A stretch of DNA of 64,000 nucleotides from Candidatus Poribacteria bacterium (GTDB lineage: Bacteria > Poribacteria > WGA-4E > PCPOR2b), in contig OZ220744.1 of the NCBI GenBank assembly GCA_965116925.1, forward strand, positions 6,112,001-6,176,000. Direction: 5' to 3'. Position numbers and translations under genes: made by a program. The notes under the pieces were generated by a model, which was not told the DNA's origin, made no database searches, and saw only the letters and a list, made by a program, of their open reading frames with translations. Below are positions 1 through 9,981 of this stretch, in pieces; the first letter of the stretch is position 1; each line of letters opens with the position of its first letter.

Positions 1-10
1 AGTCGTGACA

Positions 11-397
11 TTATTCGATGCGAATCACCACGCCGTCACTTCCATCAAGTACCGACACAAAGTCAAATGTCCCGATATCTTCGAGTTCATCAATTCCTTC
101 TTCAATCACCTCACAAATGGTGACGAAAACTTCAGCGAAGTCAAAATCGGCGTATTTCTCACGAATCAGTTGGGCAGAGCCCTCAAACTCTTTATTTTTA
201 CTTATTGCGAGATCGACCATGAGCGGTATCAGTTTTGCCGACGGCGGCAAGAGCCGTCCTGCCAACTTTACAAGAGATAGCGGCAGTGCAACACACACGG
301 TTGGCGCTTCTAAATCACCGTCGAATACGAGAATCTTCAATAATTTCCCTTTGTAACTGCCAGATTCTAACTGCGTTGATGTGGTTTGTGTATCCAT
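11..397 (-). CDS. Hypothetical protein, third gene of the ECF sigma/anti-sigma operon
   Basis: 128-aa ORF with an AGGAGG RBS upstream, directly downstream of the anti-sigma gene. Confidence 0.7.
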   Translation of the reverse strand: MDTQTTSTQLESGSYKGKLLKILVFDGDLEAPTVCVALPLSLVKLAGRLLPPSAKLIPLMVDLAISKNKEFEGSAQLIREKYADFDFAEVFVTICEVIEEGIDELEDIGTFDFVSVLDGSDGVVIRIE

Positions 398-428
398 TGT
401 TGTTCCTCCTACTGCTTCTAAGGTTGAG

Positions 429-1025
429 TCAATTGAATAACGTGTGACGCCTCAGACTGTTAATCATGGGTTGATAGGTCAATTTCATCAACGGATTCAA
501 GTGATACAACAGATGTGGATAAATCCGTTTCAGCGGATTTCGATGAGATTTTGCGAGTGAACGGCGTGATGATTCAATCGAATGCAGTGTTTGAGTTTTC
601 GAGAGATGGCTCCATTTCACTAGCACGGTATGGATTCGCTGGAATACGATTGCAAAAACGCGAAGATAGATTCTAGGTGGTAATAAAATTAAACTAACAA
701 TCATTGTGGCGAACGCTTTGGGGAGTCTTGTCAATTGTCCGCTGGTGAGTTGTCTTGATACACTTGTGATGTATCCTAGCTCTTGAGAGAAGTCCCACGA
801 CGATGCGGACCCCTCAATTCGCGCCATCACGTTATCCGCCAAATCTGAAGGGGGTTCAAGTTGTGGGTAGCTTTCGATGCCGCGGAGCGTCGCTTGTAGA
901 TATTCCATCTCCTGCTTGCAACGACTACAGGCGAGCAGATGGGCTTCAAACTGAGCAATACGTGCGTCATCGAGCACCGCATCTATGTATAATTGGGACA
1001 GTTCTTCAAAGTTTCTACAATCCAT
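429..1025 (-). CDS. Zinc-finger (zf-HC2) anti-sigma factor
   Basis: N-terminal MDC...HLLACSRC (HxxxCxxC) motif; directly follows an ECF sigma gene. Confidence 0.85.
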   Translation of the reverse strand: MDCRNFEELSQLYIDAVLDDARIAQFEAHLLACSRCKQEMEYLQATLRGIESYPQLEPPSDLADNVMARIEGSASSWDFSQELGYITSVSRQLTSGQLTRLPKAFATMIVSLILLPPRIYLRVFAIVFQRIHTVLVKWSHLSKTQTLHSIESSRRSLAKSHRNPLKRIYPHLLYHLNPLMKLTYQPMINSLRRHTLFN

Positions 1026-1028
1026 GGC

Positions 1029-1649
1029 TCATATTTTTCCTTCTACAAAGGCTTGCAACTTCGATTTTAGCAGTTCTCTGGCGCGAAAGATATGGGTTTT
1101 CACTGTTCCCATCGGAATTTCCATCACCTGCGAGATCTCTTCGTAGGAAAGTCCGTTGAGGTGGAAGAGCGTGATAACCAACCGATACTGGTGTGGAAGT
1201 TTGTTAATTGCTTCGTGAACGATGGATTGGGTTTCTTGCTGCTCAATCAACTCCAACGGCGATGGCGTTGAATCGGCAATCTGAAAACTGTAATCTGTTG
1301 TCAGTTGCTGATCAAGTGAAGTCATATTTTCATGGCGCAAGCGATTAAGGCACTCGTTCCGAGCAATTCGACATAGCCACGTTTTTAGGCGGGCGTCACC
1401 GCGAAATCGCTTCAGGGAACGATATGCCTTCAGGAACGTATCCTGTGTTGCATCATCCGCCTCCTCAAACTGTCGGAGCATACGATAACACAGGTTGAAG
1501 ATATGCTGTTGGTGACGCTCAATCAACAGCCTGAACAACTGTGTCTCACCCATACACACCCGTTTGACTAATTCGTTGTCATCCACTCGACTCGCATCGG
1601 CTGAGTGGGATAAAGTTCCATCGTCTTTCTGACAATCTGTTTGTGGCAT
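1029..1649 (-). CDS. ECF RNA polymerase sigma factor (SigW/RpoE-like)
   Basis: DATQDTFLKAY, TWLCRIARN and LSYEEISQVMEIPMGTVKTHIFRAR motifs. Start placed at ATG 1649 because the longer ORF runs into a MITE. Confidence 0.92.
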   Translation of the reverse strand: MPQTDCQKDDGTLSHSADASRVDDNELVKRVCMGETQLFRLLIERHQQHIFNLCYRMLRQFEEADDATQDTFLKAYRSLKRFRGDARLKTWLCRIARNECLNRLRHENMTSLDQQLTTDYSFQIADSTPSPLELIEQQETQSIVHEAINKLPHQYRLVITLFHLNGLSYEEISQVMEIPMGTVKTHIFRARELLKSKLQAFVEGKI

Positions 1650-1673
1650 CGGCTTATCTCGTTTGTGACAATT

Positions 1674-1828
1674 TATAGTAGATTTTAGAATAATAGACAC
1701 TCCAAATTGGTAGGCGCTGTTTCCAACTGCGCCGTTTCAACCTACCACGGCACCTATGCGGTGCGGTTAGGAAACCGCACCTACTTACTGAGGGCGAAAG
1801 TGTTCATTTATTTTTAGAATCCACCATA
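1674..1828 (-). mobile_element. MITE family A (Correia-like TATAGT ends) carrying two GTAG-REP hairpins
   Basis: Ends match the five other copies (TATAGTGAATT...AATTCTAAAATCTACTATA) in reverse orientation. Confidence 0.8.
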
Positions 1829-1911
1829 ACGTTCAGAATAGATAGACACAGATGGTCAGTATATGTTTCAAAAAAGTTTGGAACGCTTCTCTTTATCGGT
1901 TGCAAACGGCA

Positions 1912-3879
1912 TCACCGATAAAACGAATACACTTCGATGTCCCACAAGAGTCGAATGATCACCCAGCCCCCACCGACGATAAACTCTCCAAGAATCAATC
2001 CTAAAAAAAGTGGGAACGCTTTTCGATACAGGCGGATTCCACCCGCTTTGAGCAGCACGGTTTTGACTGCCCACGCGATGAATATCGAAAACCAGAGCCT
2101 TCCCATCGTCCACCGCTCAACACTGAGGAGGTAGCCTGCTGGATGAAAAGGCGAGAGGGGAAACCGTGTTCGCAGCCACCAGAGGAAGCCGGTAAAGCAA
2201 AAACCGAATCCTGTAAAAACGACCCCCGGAATATCTGTGTCGGTCGGATGATAAAGCCAACTTTGCAGGAGATTATACCCACCAGTGCCCAATCCACTCA
2301 CCACGCCGATTTCATAACCGACGACGAGGTACGCCCAGAAAGCCGCGAGAATTCCCATGACCGTCGCTAACATCATTGCGACAACCAGTCCGCCTGAATT
2401 CATCTTTGATTCTTCGGCAATTTTTAACCCTTCGAGGGTATGGGGCATCGGATGGGCACGGGAGCCACGATTAAACGTAAAATAGAATCGCATCATGGTG
2501 AGGCTGCCGGGGGACAACCGCCGCGCACCAAAAAGATTGATGAGAAATTCATGGGGTGTAGATCTAACGCGATTCATTGGTGGACCCACTTCGGCGCGAA
2601 CCCTCGTGATACTCATCCCCAGAAGATAGTAAATCAGAAAGTAAATCCCTGCTGTCCACAGTGCCATACCACCTTTATATGAAAAAGCCAGTAGAACAAT
2701 CAATCCGCAGACCAATCCAACAGATGCCCACCGATATGGGATCGGCTCTTTTGACTCGTCAAGCCGGCGCGTGTTGTCAACACCGATTTCTGCTCGTGTT
2801 TCATTTCCGTTATGTCGTCCCTGAAACGGAAAGATACCCCGACAGATTGAAAGAAAGTAGCGTCTTCCACCATAAAGCGCGAAGCACACAAGTGCCAAAT
2901 ATCCGCCCATGACCTGTGACCAATCGTAGGGGAAGTCGGGCATAGCTGTCAACCCAAGCGCGCTTCCCAACACCCGTTCCCCTTTCCAGAACCAATAGAA
3001 AAACCACAATGAAAAAGACATCTCCAACGGTGTCAGAAAAGCGAGTCCAATGGCGAAGGGCCGAATGTAGACCGGTGTCCAACCGATAGCGTTGTACGGC
3101 TTTTGGGTGAAGTATTGGCCAATCTCGGCGTGGCGCACCGGGAGTTCTGGCAGTGCCGGAAAAAAGAAATTCACTCCGTTAATCAGATTAATTCCGCCCG
3201 CGATGGCAAATCCTATCCACATCATCTTTGATCGAAAAAGCCTGCCGTCAGGACGGGTCATTTCCAACGGTAACTGGACGATTGGATATGCCAACCGTTC
3301 ATTTTCAATCCACTGCCTGCGAACTAAGATATTCAGGCAGACCATCACCCAGATAAGCGTCGTCAAAAATACCGTCCACCAAAAGATAGGACGCAGCCAA
3401 GCCCGGATGTGAGATTCGGTGTAAAATGTGCTCTCTCCATCATAAAACGCTTCCAATCCTGAAAAGTCATTCGTGGTCAGCCATGACGGGAGGTATCGCC
3501 AAAAGAGTGCCTTCCACTCATTTTCAGGCGTGGCAAACCAAAAACCGTCGGGAACCGTCGGCACAACCGTTTGCATCATGTCATGCCCGGAGATCGCTGA
3601 GGAAATCGAAAGCATCACAAAGACTGTCAAAAACTCTTGCTGTTTGAGGGCAAAACGTGGCAGGAAACGCTTGAGAAGGAGGTTGAAGGCGATTAACACT
3701 GTTAAGGTGATTACCACGTTGTAAATCAGTGCCATTGTGGTCGGCAGTGTGCTCCAAAACCTCAGATGGTTCGCCATGATAAAATAGGTGTTGACCGGAA
3801 TCAACAACAATCCAAGGAGCACTGCTCGAAACGTCACGCTCACAGTCGTTGTTTGGTGGGGTTCTGCTTTTGCGGCCAT
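1912..3879 (-). CDS. Polytopic membrane protein, DUF6785/DUF6784-like (putative transporter)
   Basis: 655 aa with many TM segments; RRQWIENERLAYPIVQLP, RVRAEVG and PFHPAGY motifs. Confidence 0.7.
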   Translation of the reverse strand: MAAKAEPHQTTTVSVTFRAVLLGLLLIPVNTYFIMANHLRFWSTLPTTMALIYNVVITLTVLIAFNLLLKRFLPRFALKQQEFLTVFVMLSISSAISGHDMMQTVVPTVPDGFWFATPENEWKALFWRYLPSWLTTNDFSGLEAFYDGESTFYTESHIRAWLRPIFWWTVFLTTLIWVMVCLNILVRRQWIENERLAYPIVQLPLEMTRPDGRLFRSKMMWIGFAIAGGINLINGVNFFFPALPELPVRHAEIGQYFTQKPYNAIGWTPVYIRPFAIGLAFLTPLEMSFSLWFFYWFWKGERVLGSALGLTAMPDFPYDWSQVMGGYLALVCFALYGGRRYFLSICRGIFPFQGRHNGNETRAEIGVDNTRRLDESKEPIPYRWASVGLVCGLIVLLAFSYKGGMALWTAGIYFLIYYLLGMSITRVRAEVGPPMNRVRSTPHEFLINLFGARRLSPGSLTMMRFYFTFNRGSRAHPMPHTLEGLKIAEESKMNSGGLVVAMMLATVMGILAAFWAYLVVGYEIGVVSGLGTGGYNLLQSWLYHPTDTDIPGVVFTGFGFCFTGFLWWLRTRFPLSPFHPAGYLLSVERWTMGRLWFSIFIAWAVKTVLLKAGGIRLYRKAFPLFLGLILGEFIVGGGWVIIRLLWDIEVYSFYR

Positions 3880-3901
3880 TATCTGTGCTTCCTTTTGGTA
3901 T

Positions 3902-3936
3902 AAAAAAAGCCCTATGTGTTATGCACAGGGCTTTTT
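3902..3936. terminator. Intrinsic terminator-like hairpin with A/T tracts on both sides
   Basis: AAAAAAAGCCCTATGTG-TTAT-GCACAGGGCTTTTT. Confidence 0.7.
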
Positions 3937-4055
3937 AACTCGATACTTTCCAATACGACGTTACATCGGGAATGGTGGGCACATCACAACTCTGTCAATC
4001 CGCATTCATGGCACCTCGGGCACGATGTCTTGACGTATAACAACTACTTATATCA

Positions 4056-5345
4056 TTACCCGCTTGCATCCTCGCGGCGTTTCTGCATTTCCAACAGACA
4101 TAGGTCTGCGAGATCACTGCCCAACGGATCATCTATCTCCAGCGCGTAGCGTTTGAGCAACTGGGCAAGTTCGGTGGTAACTTCGGTGTATGGCGGAAAA
4201 TGGAGATACTGGTTGTGGCCATCTGCCCGCGGTGTATTATACAGATTTAATTCCTCTTCCGGGTCGTTGACCAGATCATATAACTCGTGGTTGCCCGTAT
4301 AGCTACGCAACCCACCCACAGGTCGGCTCAGAATCAGCTTCCATTCGTTGGTGCGGATACATCGCTGATCGACGTATTGATCGCGGGTGATATTCTGGGT
4401 GTAGTAGCCTTCCCGCCACGGAATGGATTCACCGCTCAACAGTGGTGTCATGCTGCTACCGTGCAGATAGTCGGGGATTTCTAAACCTGCCCAATCAAGA
4501 ACGGTGGGCATCAGGTCTTGCAGTCCTACAAATTCCTCAATAACTGAGCCTGCTTGGATGGTTCCCGGCTGGCTCAAGATCATGGGCACCTTAATCGAGT
4601 CCTCATGACAGGTAAACTTGTGATCCGAGCCACGATAGGAGAACATATCCCCGTGGTCGGAGTAGTAAACGACGATGGTGTTTTCGGCGATACCCAGTTC
4701 ATCTAAAGCTGTCATCAGTCGTCCTACATTGTAGTCAATGGCACTGACGGCTGCGTAATAGCCGGCGTACGGCACCCCCTTGCCTCGATACGGTTCATAG
4801 AATTCTTTGGGCGCGGTGTAGGGGTCGTGGGGCGGGTAGTAGCCGTTCACCGCAAAGAAAGGCTTCCCGCTTGTCCCCTGCTCCTTGATGAACTCGATCA
4901 TCTGGTCTGTCTGTTGGTGGGGCTTGTAAACGCCATCCCGCCTATTGTCCACCCAATGACCTCCGAGTGAGTTAAATCCCTCCCAAAGGTCGAACAGTCC
5001 TGGATCCTTTTCACCCAGATGCCACTTGCCAAAATAAGCAGTTGTATAACCGCCCGCCTGCATGGACTCGAAAACCGTGCGCTGCTCGTGGGAGGTCTCT
5101 TTGAGCAGGTTATCCATGTTGTAGGAGTTGTAAATCACCTGATGCTGGTGTGGATAGACGCCGGTCCACATAGTGGCGCGTACCGGGGTACAGACGGGCC
5201 ACGGGGTGAAACTGTTTGTGCAGTTCGCACCGCCAGCTGCCAACCGGTCTATGTTTGGTGTAGAAACAAACTTGTTGCCGTTGCAGCCTAGACTGTCCCA
5301 TCGTTGTTGGTCAGTCATAAGCAAAATAATGTTGGGTCTTGTCAT
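4056..5345 (-). CDS. Sulfatase family hydrolase
   Basis: PNIILLMTDQQR, CTPVR (CxPxR formylglycine motif), GKWHLG, SDHG. Confidence 0.92.
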   Translation of the reverse strand: MTRPNIILLMTDQQRWDSLGCNGNKFVSTPNIDRLAAGGANCTNSFTPWPVCTPVRATMWTGVYPHQHQVIYNSYNMDNLLKETSHEQRTVFESMQAGGYTTAYFGKWHLGEKDPGLFDLWEGFNSLGGHWVDNRRDGVYKPHQQTDQMIEFIKEQGTSGKPFFAVNGYYPPHDPYTAPKEFYEPYRGKGVPYAGYYAAVSAIDYNVGRLMTALDELGIAENTIVVYYSDHGDMFSYRGSDHKFTCHEDSIKVPMILSQPGTIQAGSVIEEFVGLQDLMPTVLDWAGLEIPDYLHGSSMTPLLSGESIPWREGYYTQNITRDQYVDQRCIRTNEWKLILSRPVGGLRSYTGNHELYDLVNDPEEELNLYNTPRADGHNQYLHFPPYTEVTTELAQLLKRYALEIDDPLGSDLADLCLLEMQKRREDASG

Positions 5346-5475
5346 TCAAAATCCTCTTTTTTGTTTATGTGGGTGGACTTGGTGAGTACTTGGTATAATG
5401 AAGGGTTGTCGTTTAGTGGATAGAGTATATCATACTTCCTCGAATTGCGATAGGGAGCATTTCATTGCGGCAAGT

Positions 5476-6282
5476 TTAGGTTGTGCTGCTGCGATCCTGT
5501 TTGACGATCTCTTTGACATGATAATACGGAGCAGTCTCTATCAGTTCCAGCGTCTCCGGCGATAATCGAGCCTTGATATCTTCGGGGAATGTATTCAAGG
5601 AGAGCATATGTTGCGGTCTATATCGCAGGATCAGGAAACGGCGATCTCGATCCTCAGGTTTCCAGATTAAGACACCGTGGGTGAGCAGCTCCGTGATGAC
5701 TACCACATCCCCGGCGCGCGGCGTGATATTAACGACAGCCGGGTGGGGTTGGGGATCACTGTCTTCGCTGTCGGGAACGAAAAAATCTTCGGGGCGTTTG
5801 AACTCGCTTTTGTGAGAGCCCGGAACGACAACTAGACCTCCATCTCCGGGGAATACATCCGTGAGATAGAAGAAGAACACTAAATCGTCACAGTAGATAC
5901 GTCCGTCTTGACAAAAATAACGCGGCCACTCCAGAGAGGTGTCTTCTTCCCGCCGGGAGTGCAACTCGAAGAAACGACGCTGTTCGCGGGTATTAACGCG
6001 CAGGGAACCGCCGACAAGCTGGGGCTTATCGTTGGTTAATTCTTTGATAATCGGCCAGGTCGTCGGGTGCATGGTCAGTACCTCTAGTGCCCTATCGAAC
6101 GCAAAGCCGTGTGTATAGTTTCCTTGGTCGGCTTCAAACCCTGCCGGCAAAGCATTGAGCGGGGTATGAATATAACGGTCGGCTGCCTCTTGGGCATTGT
6201 GCAGTTCTTCGACGTTAAGGACGTTTTTCAGGTGAAGGTATCCGGTCAAATCGAAAAAGTAGTGCTGTTCGGAGGTCATCAT
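5476..6282 (-). CDS. PhyH-family Fe(II)/2OG enzyme with a non-canonical HSR metal motif
   Basis: FFDLTGYL, YLTD..PGDGG..VVPGSHK, distal LTHG, C-terminal Arg. Confidence 0.85.
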   Translation of the reverse strand: MMTSEQHYFFDLTGYLHLKNVLNVEELHNAQEAADRYIHTPLNALPAGFEADQGNYTHGFAFDRALEVLTMHPTTWPIIKELTNDKPQLVGGSLRVNTREQRRFFELHSRREEDTSLEWPRYFCQDGRIYCDDLVFFFYLTDVFPGDGGLVVVPGSHKSEFKRPEDFFVPDSEDSDPQPHPAVVNITPRAGDVVVITELLTHGVLIWKPEDRDRRFLILRYRPQHMLSLNTFPEDIKARLSPETLELIETAPYYHVKEIVKQDRSSTT

Positions 6283-6339
6283 AGGGAGTTCCTTCAACGA
6301 TGGGTGGGAATTCCAAAAATGTTAAGGGGGAGTTGTTTG

Positions 6340-6368
6340 TTGACACCTAAATACTTCTGACGTATAAT
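6340..6368 (+). promoter_or_regulatory. Consensus sigma-70 promoter
   Basis: TTGACA-17 nt-TATAAT upstream of the PhyH gene at 6452. Confidence 0.85.
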
Positions 6369-6451
6369 TGGTTTCTCTCTCCTGTGAATCCCTGCCGGTT
6401 TCTCCCGGCAAGTCAATATACAATTCAGACGCTTATCATTGGAGGAAGATT

Positions 6452-7396
6452 ATGGGAACTCATGGAATTTCAAGTAATGATTTGAAGTCGGTCCTCACGC
6501 ATCTGTCTGAACGCGGATACGCCGTAATTGAAGGCGTACTCAGCGAAGAGGAGGTCCAGCACTACCGGGGGCTTGTGGAGGAACTTTTTGAGCGAGAACG
6601 GGGACAACCTTTTGAGCCAGAAGACGGGGCCGCATTGCCGGAGGATGCTGAAATGGAAGCGTACCTGAAAGAAAGCTACCAAATCAGCGAAGCAGAACAG
6701 GCTCGACTCATGCGGCGAATCCGCCATTCACGTGCACAAAATCAGGATACACCGTGGCCCGTTCCCCCTTCAGCGGTGATTAAGAATTTCCTTCACTTGC
6801 CGACGCTGTTTGATTATGACCAGTCTCAGCGTATCTGGAATTTGGTTAACAAAGCCCCAGACTTCGGAAAATTGATAGAGCATCCGGTCGTGCTTTCGTT
6901 GGCGCGGGGGATTCTCGGCGAAGATTGCGTGCTCGCCGACTGCAGCGCGACCAGTATCGGACCCCATACCGATGAAGGTGGAGCGTGGCATGTAGATGTA
7001 CCGCTCGGTCAGTTGCCGGAGCCTTTGCCGGACTTCCCGCTGACTATTCAGAATGCTTGGATGCTCGATGCGTTTACAACAACCAACGGGGCGACACAAA
7101 TTGTTCCTGACAGCCATCGCACTCGCAGAAAACCTGTGTGGGGAGAACAGCAGGAGGATGGAAAGATACTGACTGGATCTGCTGGTTCGGTCGCTATCTG
7201 GCTCTCAAATACATGGCATCGGTCGGGGCCCAATGCGACAGATAATCCCCGTCGGGCGATTCTTTGCTACTACTCTCGCTCATGGATTAAGCCGTTTACC
7301 GATTATACATCAATAGTCCCGGAGATTGTACAAACATTTTCACCAGAACTACGGTATCTTCTGGGATATTCGGCGCGCGCACCCGTCCGAGGGTAG
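6452..7396 (+). CDS. PhyH-family Fe(II)/2OG dioxygenase
   Basis: WHVD, NGATQIVPDSH, WHRSGPN...RRAI; GGAGGA RBS before ATG 6452. Confidence 0.9.
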   Translation: MGTHGISSNDLKSVLTHLSERGYAVIEGVLSEEEVQHYRGLVEELFERERGQPFEPEDGAALPEDAEMEAYLKESYQISEAEQARLMRRIRHSRAQNQDTPWPVPPSAVIKNFLHLPTLFDYDQSQRIWNLVNKAPDFGKLIEHPVVLSLARGILGEDCVLADCSATSIGPHTDEGGAWHVDVPLGQLPEPLPDFPLTIQNAWMLDAFTTTNGATQIVPDSHRTRRKPVWGEQQEDGKILTGSAGSVAIWLSNTWHRSGPNATDNPRRAILCYYSRSWIKPFTDYTSIVPEIVQTFSPELRYLLGYSARAPVRG

Positions 7397-7430
7397 GCGT
7401 TTTTTATCTGCGTTATCCTAAATTTCGCTA

Positions 7431-7745
7431 GGGTCTGTTGACATTTCATCGCAATCAGATAATCAAGAGGGCACACAAACACATAGCCCTTCGTAGGGGT
7501 TGGGTCTCCCAACCCTTTGGGTACACATTAGAGATAGCTTCGGATTTCTGTAGGTCGATTTTCCAAAATCGACACCCCCTGGATATTCTGTCGAGATATG
7601 AATCTCGACCTACAATCTACTTTTGTACCACGATCTGTTAGATTGTGATCCCCCCTTGCAAACTAACAGGTCGCGCTACATTTGGCAGATTGCCTGATGC
7701 TTACAGCGTCTGCTGAATGAGCAGCTTCAAAATGTCAACACGCCC
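7431..7745 (+). mobile_element. MITE family B copy 1, with a nested REP doublet
   Basis: TIRs GGGTCTGTTGACATTT / AAATGTCAACACGCCC, flanked by TA; homologous to 15969-16208 and 30382-30620. Confidence 0.85.
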
Positions 7746-7789
7746 TAATTTTCGGAACTAAAGATTCACTGAAACGAGGAGATATTATC

Positions 7790-8806
7790 ATGATCCGCGA
7801 AACAATCCAAAAAGTTGTCGATGGACAAGACTTAACTGAGCGTGAAACCGTTGACACCATGAACGAAATAATGAGCGGCGAAGCGACACCGGCACAAGTT
7901 GCTTCATTCATCACTGCCCTCCGAATCAAGGGCGAGACAATCGAAGAAATTACCGGTGCCGCACGCGTTATGCGAGAAAAATCCACAAAGATCAATACCA
8001 AACACCCTTTTGCTGTTGATACTTGCGGCACAGGCGGAGATGGCTCACATTCATTCAACATCTCGACGACTGCTGCGTTTGTTGTGGCGGGAACAGAGAT
8101 TCCGGTGGCAAAGCACGGTAACCGAGCCGCTTCGAGCCAAAGTGGTAGTGCGGACGTTCTTAAAGCGTTGGGTGTAAATATCGAAATCGGACCGGAGCAG
8201 GTTGGTGCGTGTATTGATGATGTGGGAATCGGTTTTCTCTTTGCCGTTACGTTGCACGATGCGATGAAATATGCGATTGGACCCCGCCGGGAAATTGGTA
8301 TCCGTACAATTTTCAATGCACTCGGTCCGCTCACGAATCCTGCCGGTGCACAAGCACAGGTCCTTGGTGTCTACGCGCCAATGCTGACGGAGCCCTTAGC
8401 GAATGTCCTCAAAAATCTTGGCAGCCAGCGTGCGTTCGTTGTACATGGAGGAGATGGTCTGGATGAGATTACAACGACGACGACGACTCAGGTTTCGGAG
8501 TTGGTAGATGGCGACGTTAATACATACACGCTTGATCCGACAAAATTGGGCATCCCGACGGCACAATCTAGCGACCTCAAAGGGGGAACGCCGGAGGAGA
8601 ACGCAGACATGACGTTGAGCATCCTCAGAGGCGAAAAAGGTCCCAAACGGGACATCGTATTACTCAATGCAGCGGCGGCGATTGTTGCTGGCGGGAAGGC
8701 TGTGGACATAGCAGCCGGACTCGCAGTAGCAGCGGAATCTATCGATTCCGGGCGGGCGTTAGAAAAGTTAGAGGGTCTGAAGGCGAAATCAAATGAGGCA
8801 GTTTGA
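7790..8806 (+). CDS. trpD: Anthranilate phosphoribosyltransferase
   Basis: [41 protein letters not shown]. Confidence 0.95.
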   Translation: MIRETIQKVVDGQDLTERETVDTMNEIMSGEATPAQVASFITALRIKGETIEEITGAARVMREKSTKINTKHPFAVDTCGTGGDGSHSFNISTTAAFVVAGTEIPVAKHGNRAASSQSGSADVLKALGVNIEIGPEQVGACIDDVGIGFLFAVTLHDAMKYAIGPRREIGIRTIFNALGPLTNPAGAQAQVLGVYAPMLTEPLANVLKNLGSQRAFVVHGGDGLDEITTTTTTQVSELVDGDVNTYTLDPTKLGIPTAQSSDLKGGTPEENADMTLSILRGEKGPKRDIVLLNAAAAIVAGGKAVDIAAGLAVAAESIDSGRALEKLEGLKAKSNEAV

Positions 8807-8866
8807 TGTTGAACGGCAGCTGACTTTCTGCAAATAGAGATTCGCTGAAACGAGGGGGATATTACA

Positions 8867-9883
8867 GTGATTCGCGAAACAATCCAAAAAGTTGTCGATG
8901 GACAAGACTTAACTGAGCGTGAAACCGTTGACACCATGAACGAAATAATGAGCGGCGAAGCGACGCCGGCGCAAATTGCGTCGTTCATCACCGCCCTCCG
9001 AATCAAGGGCGAAACGATTGAAGAAATCACCGGTGCAGCGCGTATGATGCGTGAAAAATCAACAAAAATCCACACCAGACACCCCTTTGTCGTTGATACT
9101 TGCGGTACAGGTGGAGATGGGGCGCATACGTTCAACATCTCAACGACCGCTGCATTTGTTGTGGCGGGAACAGGGATTCCGGTGGCGAAAGCTGGCAGCC
9201 GCGCCGCTTCAAGCCGGAGTGGAGCTGCCGATGTCCTCAAAGCGTTGGGCGTAAACATCGAGATTGGACCGGAGCAGGTTGGTGCGTGTATTGATGATGT
9301 GGGAGTCGGCTTTCTCTTTGCAGTTACATTGCATGGTGCGATGAAATATGCAATTGGACCCCGCCAAGAAATCGGTATCCGCACAATTTTCAACGCGCTC
9401 GGTCCACTCACGAATCCTGCTGGTGCACAAGCCCAGGTCCTTGGTGTTTACGCGCCGGCGTTGACAGAGTCGTTCGCGCATGTCCTCAATAATTTTGGGA
9501 GCCAGCGGGCGTTTATTGTGCATGGCGGAGACGGTTTGGACGAAATCACAACGACAACGACGACTCAAGTTTCGGAGCTAGCAGATAGCGAGGTCAATAC
9601 ATACACGCTCAATCCGACAAAACTGGGTATCCCAATATCACAGTCTAGCGACCTCAAAGGGGGAACACCGGAGGAAAATGCAGAAATGACGTTGAGCGTA
9701 CTCAGAGGTGAAACAGGTCCCAAACGGGACATCGTATTACTCAATGCAGCGGCGGCGATTGTTGCAGGTGGGAAGGCTGCAAACATAACAGCAGGACTCA
9801 CAGTAGCAGCGGAATCTATCGACTCTGGACGGGCGTTGGAGAAATTGGAAGGGTTAAAGACAAAATCAAATGAGACAGTTTAA
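8867..9883 (+). CDS. trpD: TrpD paralogue (tandem duplicate) with an altered KAGSR motif
   Basis: Same length and collinear with the upstream trpD; KHGN changed to KAGS; GTG start. Confidence 0.88.
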   Translation: MIRETIQKVVDGQDLTERETVDTMNEIMSGEATPAQIASFITALRIKGETIEEITGAARMMREKSTKIHTRHPFVVDTCGTGGDGAHTFNISTTAAFVVAGTGIPVAKAGSRAASSRSGAADVLKALGVNIEIGPEQVGACIDDVGVGFLFAVTLHGAMKYAIGPRQEIGIRTIFNALGPLTNPAGAQAQVLGVYAPALTESFAHVLNNFGSQRAFIVHGGDGLDEITTTTTTQVSELADSEVNTYTLNPTKLGIPISQSSDLKGGTPEENAEMTLSVLRGETGPKRDIVLLNAAAAIVAGGKAANITAGLTVAAESIDSGRALEKLEGLKTKSNETV

Positions 9884-9981
9884 CCTTGAGCAGCAGCGGA
9901 TCTTTTGCTAGAATCTCAGCATTGTCTGCTAGCGTTAATATATGGTGCGATCTGGAAACAGAATGAGAAAGAGAGGTTCAA

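Noticed and set aside
7735..9801. Long antisense ORFs over the trpD copies (and similar ones over hppA, tnpB and the PhyH trio)
   Set aside because: Shadow frames of well-supported genes on the opposite strand; they repeat only because the genes are duplicated.
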